A DNA stretch of 56,699 bases, filler included, from Sluysia triapertura (Eukaryota), in NCBI GenBank assembly GCA_046118255.1. It is 4 parts of 4 records of this genome, joined end to end, with 100 filler letters (N's around TTAATTAATTAA, not from the genome) between each part and the next. Parts side by side here need not be neighbours in the genome. Positions count along the whole stretch, not along the records: positions 45,295 to 56,699 come from JBJNIA010185079.1; 3 more parts are not named here. One strand, written 5' to 3'. Under the pieces are notes generated by a model. It searched no databases. It saw only the letters and a list, made by a program, of their open reading frames with translations, and was not told the DNA's origin. The position numbers were made by a program, and so were the translations under genes. Positions 45,195-56,699 of the stretch are shown in pieces. Positions within the stretch are counted from its first letter, which is position 1. Each line of letters begins with the position of its first letter.

Positions 45195-45294
45195 NNNNNN
45201 NNNNNNNNNNNNNNNNNNNNNNNNNNNNNNNNNNNNNNTTAATTAATTAANNNNNNNNNNNNNNNNNNNNNNNNNNNNNNNNNNNNNNNNNNNN
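45195..45294. other. 100-nt scaffold gap with TTAATTAATTAA linker
   Basis: N run with spacer at 45239-45250. Confidence 0.95.
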
Positions 45295-48200
45295 ATATTC
45301 ATATGCCTATCAAATATTATTAGTAAAATTTAGTAGTTTGTTCGTTTATTAAATAAAATCTAATCTAGACAACTGAATATTATTTTTAGTAAAATTTCAT
45401 CATGTTGGTATAGAATGTAAACACTAGCGATTTATTATTGCTGTATTGTGAATTAGTAATTCATTTTACCACTGCTATTATAATTATTGGAAATATTTAT
45501 GATTATTAAAACTGGAAATATAGAAAAAGTACGCGTAAGAGTGTTTCGTACCATTGAGGGGTAATTGATAAATTCACACAGAAGAAATTTGTATTTGAAA
45601 ATAGTAAATTAGAGACACCATGAATTATTTCAATCACAGATTATACGCCATTGTCGAAGTCTAAGATTGAAGCAGATATACTCAACGGATCTCACTCCAT
45701 TGTTTAAAGAAACTATAATTGATTTAGTGAGTGATATTATACTTTTCAGTCTAAATTCTATAACATTTAAATTTATTAGTTTTTAAATTGAGAATTTTTT
45801 GTATAACTAAAATTTAGTATACCATTATTAATATTATAATTTAATTTTATTGTTTTGTAATTAATAATTTTTATCGGATCTGACTGGATTTCATTTAATT
45901 TCTTGACTTAAATCTATTAAAATTGCGAAATTTTATATAATCGAAATTTTGTGTACTAGTGTTAACATTGTTATTTAATCCCATTATTTTATAATTTATA
46001 AATTTCGTCGAGTTTAATTTTAATCTCTTGAGGGTAGAGCTTCAAAGAAAACATAATCCAAATTTACGAATAAGCCGAGAATAAATTTTGATTAAAATTT
46101 TCTTACTGTAAAGAGAAAAATTTCAAACAACTTACCTGCGTTTCCATTCTCTGTCATCGGAACGAGTATCAGAGCTCACACTTTTATATGAAAACAAATT
46201 TATAAGAGTTTGTAGAATATGATAACTGATAAGAGACTTTAAATTATTGCTAACTAATAATATTTTTCCAGAACTAAAGAAGTTAGAACTTGTTGAGAAT
46301 ATATATTAATAAAGCTGAGTATTTGTTAAAGACGTCTATAAAATTTGCATTGAGTAGCTTAATTGTCCACATTTTTCTTAAGCATAGATAAAATACGTTA
46401 GTAGATTTAAATTCATTGAAATAATTATGCACCTAGAATTAAAACATTATAAGAATTTATCAATCAAACAAATGTAATAATACGTTATTATAATTTGTTA
46501 AGTTAATAATTTATTAATTTCCAGTAATGAAGTGTTTCTCTTTGCAATAATAACTTCGATTATATTTTTCATTTGCCATTTCCGAACTAAGCAAATGGAT
46601 AACATTATCTTTATAAAGTCTTTGAGCCTTTCTTCAGTAACCAGTGACTATAAATATTGTTAGATTTATATCCGGTATCTGGTTTCTAATTGTGTCATCT
46701 ACTGAAAGATATTATTACTTTAAATTTCTTTAAATTATACAATTATTATACAATTACATAATTTCTTTAAATTATCCGTTTCGTTAAGTTTCATATAATC
46801 CAGGATTTTTAAAATATTATTATATTGTACCAATTCAGTCATGTTAAATAAGCTAAATTAATGAATGTGGAATAACTATATAAATAAAAATGATCAGAAA
46901 AATTAAAGAATACTAAACTCCAGTTTGAAGCCATGCTAATTTGTCTTACCCGTCTGGCAAAAATGAATTTCTCAGTATGTGTTGCATATTTTGATGAAAT
47001 ATTATTTACAACAAAACAGTTAATTTTTGTAATCATTCGTGACGCATTTAATTCATTGAGATCACCGGTAACCCCCACGGCGCTAAAATTCACTGTTATT
47101 TTATTTTAATCTTGGCTTCGCGGTGATCTCCATGGCATTCAACGTGTTCGTAATTATGTGGCCAAATTCTTTTATATAATGGTTAATTTAATTCTCTGTT
47201 ATACTTTTGGCCATGTAGTTTATCAGAATATTAAAGAGAAGTTACAGTTTCAATTTTCTAATTATATTATTAATAATGTTAATTTTCGGTAAATTAATGT
47301 GTTACAGGGTTTACAAGGTCTTACATTTACATTATTATTATGGATAGTAAATTCTTTAATTCCATTCTATAATGTTTTTATAGTTAATTTCTCAATACAG
47401 TTAAATTTCACTTATAACCAAATTATACATATTGTTATAACCTTATTCAAATTTATTTATTCCTTCATTTAATGGTTAAGTTTTGCTACGTCTTAGTATT
47501 CGGCTTTCCATTTCTATTTTAATACATTTTGACCCATAAACTGATTTTCTAATTAAGTTTAAAAGGTTTAATCCGTTAATTTTTTTAAATTTTTAAAATT
47601 ACTAAAACATATTTTTTTATTTTATTTAAAACTTTATTTTAAGATTATTATAATATTTTTACGATTATAATTTTGTTAATTTATTATAAAACTATTAGAA
47701 ATACAAAAGTATTCTCAAACTAATACCAAATTTCAGAATATTATCTGATAATATTCTCATAAAACAAAATGTTGGGAAAATTAATATGGATATTCTCGAA
47801 ATGAATAGATAAATAATTTTATTTACATATTTTGTAATATTTTCTTTTGAAAGAATAAAGAATATTGCTTTTTTGTTTCTATTCATTTTATTTTATTTAA
47901 CTTGTCAAGTGTTATTACACCCATCGTAAAACTTTAACTAAAATTTATTACAGTCGAAAGAAATCCACTAAAAAAATTAAAATAATAATTGAATAATAAA
48001 TATAGAATAATAAATTAGTACTTTTTTTTCTAAACTTCATACTTAATGTCTTAATGTTATTTTTAATTTAGGACCTATGTAAGACAAATTATTCACAAAA
48101 TAATTGACAAATTCTTGGCTACTTTTCTTTGTGAAAAGTATTAATAATAAAGCAACTGATTAAAATTATTATTCGTAATGTGATATAATTTTTTTGATTT

Positions 48201-49587
48201 TCCATTTTTGTTTCCGAAGTTATTAAATTTTTAAATATCGCCATTTGTTTTTTTTCAATTAATTATAAGTTTATAAGTTATAAATCACATAATTCATGCA
48301 ACACGTCTTTAGAATATTTCAGAACTTTAGACAGTTTATATATAGCTTATTAAAGAAAATTAAAACTTGTTAATTATTAATTAAGCTATTAATTATAAAT
48401 ATTTCTATAAATTAATGAAAGGCTTACTTTATGATAAATTTTAGTATTATATAAATTAATATGTTATTATTATTATTGTTATTATAAACTTTTATTTTAA
48501 TTTTATTACACTAATAATAAATAGCCATTATTTTTTAAACATCGCCTTATGTAAAGAAATAATTTTGGATCATTTTTATTATAATCTGAAAAAATTATCA
48601 GATAATATTGTTTTAATAAAGTCAGCCATCTGATAATTTAATAACAACTAAAACAACAACAATAATGAATAATAATAATTGCTAGTTTAATTTTTTTAAG
48701 ATATTATCTGCTTACATATTTGTTATTTCAGTCTCTTTAATATTTATTGCATTATTTTGTTTGATACCATGCATCAAAATTAAAAAATTCTTAAATTTTA
48801 ATCATCAAAACAGACCAACTATATATTTGTCCAGTGGCATATGATATGTAGAATTTATAAGGTTTACATTCGCAACGTTTGAAGTATAACAATCCATTAA
48901 CTATTGATTATAATTACTAATTAAGCCAACAAGGGAAATAATACATTAAAATGTTTCGGATTTTAGTAGAGGTAATAAAACTTTATTACAAGTAAAAATG
49001 ATTTAATTACCAATGATAATGGAGTATTATTAACGTCACTGAAGAATATATTCAGCTTCAAAAGAAAAACAAAAGTATTTCAGGAAGTGTGAATACTTGT
49101 AATGATTACATAAATAAAATTTATAGGATTCAAAAAAGAAATTAAAAGTAAATTTCGAAAACAAAAATAAATTATGCTATAAAACATTTTATTACAAAAT
49201 TGAGAAAATATTAAATCAATGTGCGTATTACATAGATTAAAGAACAAATGTAAACGAGTTATAGTTTTTCTTTTATAAAATGGCTAAGTACGGAATTACT
49301 AAATAATGAATAAATAAATTATCATGCATGTATAATATTCATTCTCAAATGACCAAATAATTTTTAAACGTGGCAGTGAATTTGGTTTATGATAACATTC
49401 TTTTTCTATTTGGAATTTCATTAGAATGACAGGCTGTTTCACTGTCAAATCAATAATTACACAAACTTTATGTTCAAGTACCCAATCATACATTGCCTTT
49501 AAAATCATTTAAAATGTCATTATCACGCTCTTAAATCATTTAAAAAATTTCATTTTCGAAAAGAAAATTCGCTTTTAAAAACAGAAT

Positions 49588-49617
49588 AGAAGCTTCTAGA
49601 ATATTCTAGAACATTCC
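49588..49617. promoter_or_regulatory. Heat-shock element (six perfect alternating nGAAn units)
   Basis: aGAAgcTTCtaGAAtaTTCtaGAAcaTTCc, with a second 3-unit HSE at 49699-49713. Confidence 0.7.
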
Positions 49618-50682
49618 ATCTATTCACATTAGCTGATAACAAGTATACAAACTAGTGATTTTTAAAATATTTTGTTAATTGTTTTATATTCACAATCTGG
49701 AAACTTCCTGAAATTTTTAGTTGATTCATTCGAAGTTATTAGGTGATCCAACAATTACATTAACTGGTATCATCTGTAGATCATCAGTAGATCAAGATCG
49801 TTCAAGGATTTTCGTTTATTATCCAGTCTATGTTTTGGGAAATATACATTGTTAAGGTAAATTGCAACTTTCGAAGCTGAAATTATAAAATATATTCAAA
49901 ATCTCATTTATTTTAATTATTAGTCCCCGCTAAACTACATTTAATATAGTACAATTATAAAATTAAACACTCGCATAGCTTTAATCTTAAAATTTTAATT
50001 TTTATATTTTACTTTTAACTCTTATTCTCATAACGCTTAATTGTTCGTTTTGTTGTGCAATAGAATTATAATCTTGTTTTCATTTAATTGGATAGGCAAA
50101 CCTTAGGTTTAAGTAAAAATATTTTTTGCGAGTTATTTTCAGATAAAGCAACTTAGTTTCAGAACTTATTGGGTAAACTAAGTTTTCATAAAATAGCATC
50201 GTGACATTTTGACATTATTTTAAATGGTGTCCAACCAATATTAAATAGACCATAAGAACTTGAACAATTTATTTGATTATCATTTTGTCAAATGATATTG
50301 CAGAACTCATTCTTACTTGTTCATAGATGACACTTGATTAAGAAAAATTAATAATCAGTCTTGTTTTAGGTTATAATTGATAATATTTATTATTATATTT
50401 CATTGAAAAAATAAGTAACATTTTCTTTACTAAACCTAATTTCTAATAATAATGAAGATACATATAATACTAACAGAAACAAAAAATGATAATAAAATTG
50501 TCCATAATAGTTAAATCTATTTTTAGTAAAAATGTCGTCCTTTTCATTTTACAAAGCGAAAAATGCTTAACTATTCATAAGTAATATAATTTAATTTGAA
50601 ATTAAATTATTCTGTTTAAAGTATATAAGAACTAAATAAAAGTTACATTTTGATTTTAACGTGCTAAAATATATATGTTGAG

Positions 50683-50910
50683 CCCTTTTGTTGAGCAACA
50701 CGTTTTGAAATTTGCGACCGCTGTGCGCATATTTTTTTAGTGGTTGCGAGTTTATTTGTTTTGAGCAGTTTGAGTTACAGTCGATAGTTCTTTATACGCT
50801 GTGCTCGGGACAATGTATTATAAAGAAAAAAATGATACGAAAATACTTGCTTGGAGCGTTTGAGCCATTATTTTTACGAATATAAGCGTGCAGAGCACCG
50901 AAAGGGTTAA
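50683..50910. mobile_element. piggyBac-like terminus / degenerate MITE
   Basis: Right end ...GCACCGAAAGGG|TTAA. The left CCCTTTTGTTGAGCAACACG matches the reverse complement at 14/20. The interior is GC-richer than the flanks. Confidence 0.45.
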
Positions 50911-53902
50911 TGATAAACTTTCTAATTTATCTTTCATGTATTAATATATTTATGTATGAATTATAATTTTTATAATAAATTAATTTATAATATAAATAAA
51001 AATAAATTTATATTACTCAAATAGTAAATAAATTGCTATTTATTGAATATTATTATTGAATATTATACAATATCACTTTTAGAAAATTATATAGTTCTTT
51101 ATCGTATTATTAATTTTATAATTCAATTATTTTATAAAGAATCATAACTGACGTAAATTGTGAAATAAAAAGTAAAATCAAGTCAAGTGCTTGTACTAAC
51201 CAGTCATTTTAAATAAGAATGAAAATGAACACATCATTCAACTGTTAATTACCTGGTTTCTCATCGCCATATAATTTGCAATTCATACTAAAAAAAGTAT
51301 TAGTCATGCTTATTTATAATTACTAAATATTAAATTTGTCAGTAAAATATAAAATATAAATGTGTTCACTTTTTTTAATAGAGACTTATAAATGTCATAC
51401 ATACATTATTACATTTTCACAAAGCATTTATATAATTATATGCTATCTACGTTTATTAAATACGTAATATAATATAAGAGATTTTGTAAAAAAAATTTGT
51501 GGGATGAGCTTATTTAAAGGTAATGTAAATGAGACGTTGTTAAGCTGTGTGAATTTGAATAAACATTAACAATATGGCTTAAAAATTTTGAAGAGATTCG
51601 TATGACTGTTGCTTATGATATAATTAGTAATGCTTCAATCCCATAGTTTATAGATGTAAAAGTTATTGATAAAGATTAGAGTAACTTTTCACAATTCGAA
51701 GATGTGGCATTTTGTCAATATTTAAATGTACTTCGAAAAATATCTGTTTATCAATTGATTTATTATTTTTATAACTTTAATCACGTTTAATGTTAGAATT
51801 ATGTCGGTATTATTAAGACATAATTATGTCATTTATTTCAATTATAAGAATCTGGAAGAGTTTATTTCAACTCTCATCCTGAATTTGGATTTCATGAAGC
51901 TTCTTACTTATTTTATTTTATGATTTTTGGTAACATTATTTGTTGTCTCAAGAGAAAAACAAACATTTATCAATAACATCATAAATTGTGCTAACAAAAA
52001 AATGATAAGAATCACATGTAAGAATAGATTCTGAACATAATTATACAATTTGTTTGGATCGTTCGGTAGTATTACAGTAAGCTTTGACATCAAAGTTGGA
52101 AAGTTGAATACGTCTGGATCTCTTACAAAAATATATTTCTCTCTACTTAGCCTTTATTCTAATCATAACGTTATTATTTCATTCAATGTTTTGAATTTAG
52201 TTTCAAGTTCAACATAACCATATCTAACTAAATTATTTAATCGACTAACATATTTATAATTATCAAGATGCTGAGTGTTTTTCTTAATCTAAAAACCTAA
52301 CCTACAGCAAAATAATTAATTATTCTGAGTCCGTTTACAGTATACAGTACCTGTAAAATTACGTGAAAACAATTACTAAGATTAATCGTACAAAAAACAC
52401 TGAGTCTTAACTTCAATAATAATGGGCGAAATCGTCGTTTGTGTCAACTAGCAGTAAATAACTTGAAAACTAATTAAGACCAACGCTAGCTTATGGAGTA
52501 TCTAAATTAATATAAAAATCAAGTAAATAATGATGGTATAAAAACGTGACGTTTCTTGTATCTCCAAATCCTAATATAATGACTGTTAGAACTTTTAAAA
52601 TTTAATGAGATAATATTACAATCAATGTATTCTAGATTAAAATTATATTTAATTATAAATTGTTCGTAAGTTAGAGTAACTATAAACTTAATTTAAATAA
52701 AAAGGATTCAAAAGTCTTTTAATATTTTTATTACACCAAAAATATGACTAAACTAAAATTAATATAGATATATAAAAATCCAACAAAAAATTGACTATTA
52801 ATAATACAAAAATATTATAAACGATAAATTTATAATAGTAATAATAATTAAACTATAATAAGTTCTGGCCGAAAGACTCTACCCTACAATAACTATTTTG
52901 TAAGTGACCTTAAGGGCCAACTAAAAATAAGAGAATTTATCTTTTAGATTGATTTTATGATTGGCCTTAAGGACCAACCGTGAAACTTGGTATTTTACGT
53001 ATAGATTTTAACTCAAAATAGAAAATAGTATTCAACTATGAATAACTAACTTACTAATTTAATTAATAAAAAATCGTAGATCAGCTTCTAAAAATATTTT
53101 GTCGAAGAGGATTTGATCAGTTGTGTCGTTGATATTCGGAAATAGCTATCCCTCTAATAGAATGTGCTGGATTTATGCGATAACTTGGAAGGTGAATTGA
53201 AGAATTGATGAAATATGGAGCACACTAATGAGTTGATGGTAATAGATGTAGAACTGTTCATAATGATTTTCTTTTGTAATTGTAGGCTTTGTCCGCTTTG
53301 TAACGAAAAATGGCGTATTCTGATTTCTTTTTGATTAATTGTTTATTTATATCATCATATACTTATAAAGACAATTTTATTTCTTGAAGCTTCTCTTGTA
53401 GAATATTTTAAAATAATTGAATAATTTTAATTTTAGCATAATTTAAATAATAATTTTTTAAATGATAATAATTTTAATAATTTTTACGTTTGTAAACATA
53501 AAAAATAAAACTAAAATATTTACACGTTTACAAAGATATACATAATCACTTAATCATGTTGTTTCCAGACCGAGTGACCATTAATATAAAAAATAGAATC
53601 ATGAGCAAACATTGCTTTTGGTATAATGATAATTTTCACTAACAATTTTAGCTACCTCTAATTTTTTAATTTTTTAGTCAAAACACTTTTCTTTCATTGT
53701 TTTAAAATTTTGAATTGTGGCACAATTTAATTATTCTGTCTGATACTTGCTCCAATGAAATGCGAATTGGCATTGATGTAGCCAATTTGTATTTCATTAG
53801 CTTGACAATCATGTTAATTTTTGTAAAATTATTGCTTGCGTAATTACTAAATTTTGCAAAAGTTACGAAATGCATATTCGTTATTTAATTTCGGTAAATT
53901 TG

Positions 53903-53905
<3 letters not shown>

Positions 53906-53951
<46 letters not shown>
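53906..53951. repeat. (TTA)n microsatellite
   Basis: Trinucleotide run. Confidence 0.9.
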
Positions 53952-53954
<3 letters not shown>

Positions 53955-54169
53955 TTGTTATTAATTTATTATTGAATATTTATTAAATTCATTAATTCCT
54001 TTGTCTAACTAATTTATATTTCTTTTCTTTTTTCTCCGCAAGATCTTTAGATAAATTACATATTGGCTGGAGTATGAAGATGAAAGACTAAGGAAAAAAC
54101 AAGTTAAGATTATTTAATGCTTGAAGTATAAATGATTTACTAAATAACATATGAGCTAATTGAATGTTA

Positions 54170-54921
54170 AAGGTGTAAAATACAAAATATACTAGGGTTT
54201 GTTTAATAATTTATGGTTGTTAATGAATTTAATGAATCATACTGTGATATGACTTGAATGTTCCGTGAAATATTAAATGTTTAAGTTTGTGGAAGATTTG
54301 TAAAATAAAATAATGCCAAGTTAATATTAAATGGTTTACGAATATAATGATTTAATGAATAACGTTGTGAATTAATTGATTGTAAAGTTGTGAGATAATT
54401 AATGGTTAAAGTGCATAGAACTTTTGGTGATCTTTGAGCGCTTCATAGTGATTAAAAATTTGCCGAGTGTCTCTAAATTGCAGAACAACTTTGTTTCTTT
54501 AGTGAGTCATCTTGTATTTAGTATTTCAAATTTTAACTTATTTATGTCATTTTTTGAATGTGGTGAATGCATTTTATACTGTAATTTGTCGATTTTCTTT
54601 TGTGAATGATGTTATTTGATTATGTATAATGTGTGGATATGAAGTGAATTTAGTGAATTATGTAGTAAGATCACTTTAATGTTGTGGAAAATATAAATTG
54701 TTTGAGTAAGTAGATGATCTGTAGAATGAATTTATCTAGTGTAACGTTGAACAATTTAAAAATCGATATAATTTGTTGAATAACATTAGGAACTAATTGA
54801 TTGCAAAACTTGTGAGATATAATATGGATAAAGAACTTTTAAATGATTTAGAAATGTTATGATGTAAAGGTTTATTGTGTTTTTTCTGTAGTAAGATTTG
54901 ATTTCATAGGATGAGCCAACA
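54170..54921 (-). mobile_element. C/A-skewed LTR-like segment (minus orientation)
   Basis: G/T-rich on the plus strand. The minus strand starts TGTTGGCTCATCCTATG, similar to the family start motif. Confidence 0.4.
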
Positions 54922-56421
54922 TAATAGAAAATAATTCTTAATACAGAGTTAGTTTAACTAAAGCATGATCAAATAATTTTTATTATAATTTTGAATTACC
55001 GAATTACGTTTGATGTTAATGGAGAATTATTTATAAACATTGATTTACATTTAAATACATTTGACATCTGCAGGGATTTGTTTAATAAACATCGAAATAT
55101 TCCTCGAACAATTTTCTTCGATTAAGTATAATATCCAAATTTTAAGTTTCACAAAATATTACTTCCTTTTGTAACAGTATCAGGGACACTAACTTTTAAA
55201 AATAATTTAATTTAATAATAATAAATTTTTCCATAAAATCAAAGTGAAATAATACTGTATTATATATTGTTATACATTGTGTAATTATTTGGTGTAATAG
55301 TTTTATGATAAATACTTAAGAATAGCTTTTAATTGATCATGAAAGAGAATTCATAATTAAAAATTAAACTTCATTAAGAACCTTTTTTCTCTTACATCAG
55401 TGAGGAGTGGAACTCCAATTTTCTTTACATTGTTACATAGTATTAGAAAAGTTTAAAATAACTTGAATTAATTTTGAGTTAAAGTAAAAGTTCTATTACA
55501 AATAAGAGTTATTATTCATAAGTATTACAAAGTTAAATTAAGAAAAAATAAACAAAACATAACAAAAATGTTTTACCACATTTATTGAAAACGTGGCAAA
55601 TTATTTTATTACAATAATAATAATAATATTATTATTATTATTAATGATAATAAACGAGTATTATATCTACGCAAAAAATTAATGTACATACTGTTCAAAG
55701 GTCAGTCAAGCTTACAAAATAATTAACTCAAGAAAATATTGTTACAAATAATTTGATCAGAAATTCACACAGAACAGACAACATATACAATAAGCAAATA
55801 ATAAGGTGAAATTACTATTGGAGAATTTGGAAGATTGAAAAAGAATTAGTAAGGCTTAATAAAAGAATTTTTATAAGTTAAATATTTATAAGCTTTCTTT
55901 GCTTCGACATGTATAAAATCAACAAAAATCATTCATAATTTTGAAGATAATTTAATAAATTAATGAAAATTGTTTTTATCTATTGCACATTTGATTTGAA
56001 TTTTTCAAATTTAGTGTCATTGTTTATTGTTTAATTTAATCATTCATTAACATTGATTTGTGATCATGTAGTGGGCTAACGTTATAAGCTTTTAATTGTA
56101 TTGGAACCCCTTAAGTATCATTTTACATAAAGATTCACAGAAATATTTTACTGTGTTTACAATATACATTCGATCTACGTCTTAATCCACCACGGAAATT
56201 TTAATTTACAAAATATAAAACAATTCGCAGATTGAAATTTTTTATAATTTTTAAATTATAAATTTTATTAATTCCACAAATAATATTAATTTAACGATCT
56301 TTGAAATATTTAATTAATTTTTTTCTTTATCATAAATTACTTTTTAATTTTAGTTTTTGATATTTTTAATAAAAATTTCATTATTTTAAAATATAAAGAA
56401 AAATCATTTTATGGAAAATTT

Positions 56422-56699
56422 TGTAGTGGCCAACTCCATAAATTAAGATTTAAAAACAATCTTGTCAAAACAAAATTCATCACAACCATACTCTGCAACT
56501 ACAATCACCACACAATTCATCACATAAAACAACAATACACAGTCATAACACTTTTCCAACTCACATTTACCAACGAAATAATCTATATCTCAAACACTCA
56601 CAACTCAATAAACCACTACATTCACCCCAAACAATTCATAACATCCATTCATCAAACACTTCATCAAATAAATCAGAACCATAACACAAATTTCATAAA
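56422..56699 (+). mobile_element. C/A-skewed LTR-like segment, runs out of the window
   Basis: TGTAGTGGCCAACTCCAT start followed by almost G-free CA-rich sequence. Confidence 0.5.

Noticed and set aside
51253-51287. Possible 35-nt minus-strand micro-exon (TTTTAG|...CCAG|GTAATT, MNCKLYGDEKP)
   Set aside because: Splice signals are good, but there is no partner exon or homology to support it.

Overview
AT-rich, repeat-dense animal (probably invertebrate) genomic scaffold. It is broken by four N gaps, three of which carry the artificial six-frame-stop linker TTAATTAATTAA, so adjacency across those gaps is not reliable. Host genes appear only as scattered spliced exons. These are a DIDO1/PHF3-type TFIIS-M + SPOC gene (minus strand, four phase-compatible exons, 3.1-11.1 kb), a DENND5-like gene (plus strand, three phase-compatible exons, 25.7-27.6 kb) and one exon resembling an axonemal dynein heavy chain N-terminus. 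An intronless, disrupted DDX18/HAS1-like DEAD-box helicase copy is also present. Much of the rest is decayed mobile DNA: hAT, Tc2/pogo and piggyBac-like ends, the 3' end of an RLE-endonuclease non-LTR element, and a family of C/A-skewed LTR-like elements. The most striking feature is a complex Ty3/gypsy element at 33.9-41.3 kb. After the integrase it carries a second aspartyl protease, a long multi-signal-peptide membrane polyprotein (TM + PPxY tail, FN3-like segments) and an intact 390-398 aa orphan ORF before the PPT/LTR. Diverged minus-strand relics at 22.4-25.4 kb and 18.0-18.4 kb conserve the same accessory proteins, the former in the same order. The 22.4-25.4 kb relic also keeps fragments of a putative class III (gB/chuvirus-like) envelope glycoprotein. 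Together these point to a retrovirus-like lineage with a conserved accessory gene set that I do not recognise. All homology calls are by eye; no searches were run.
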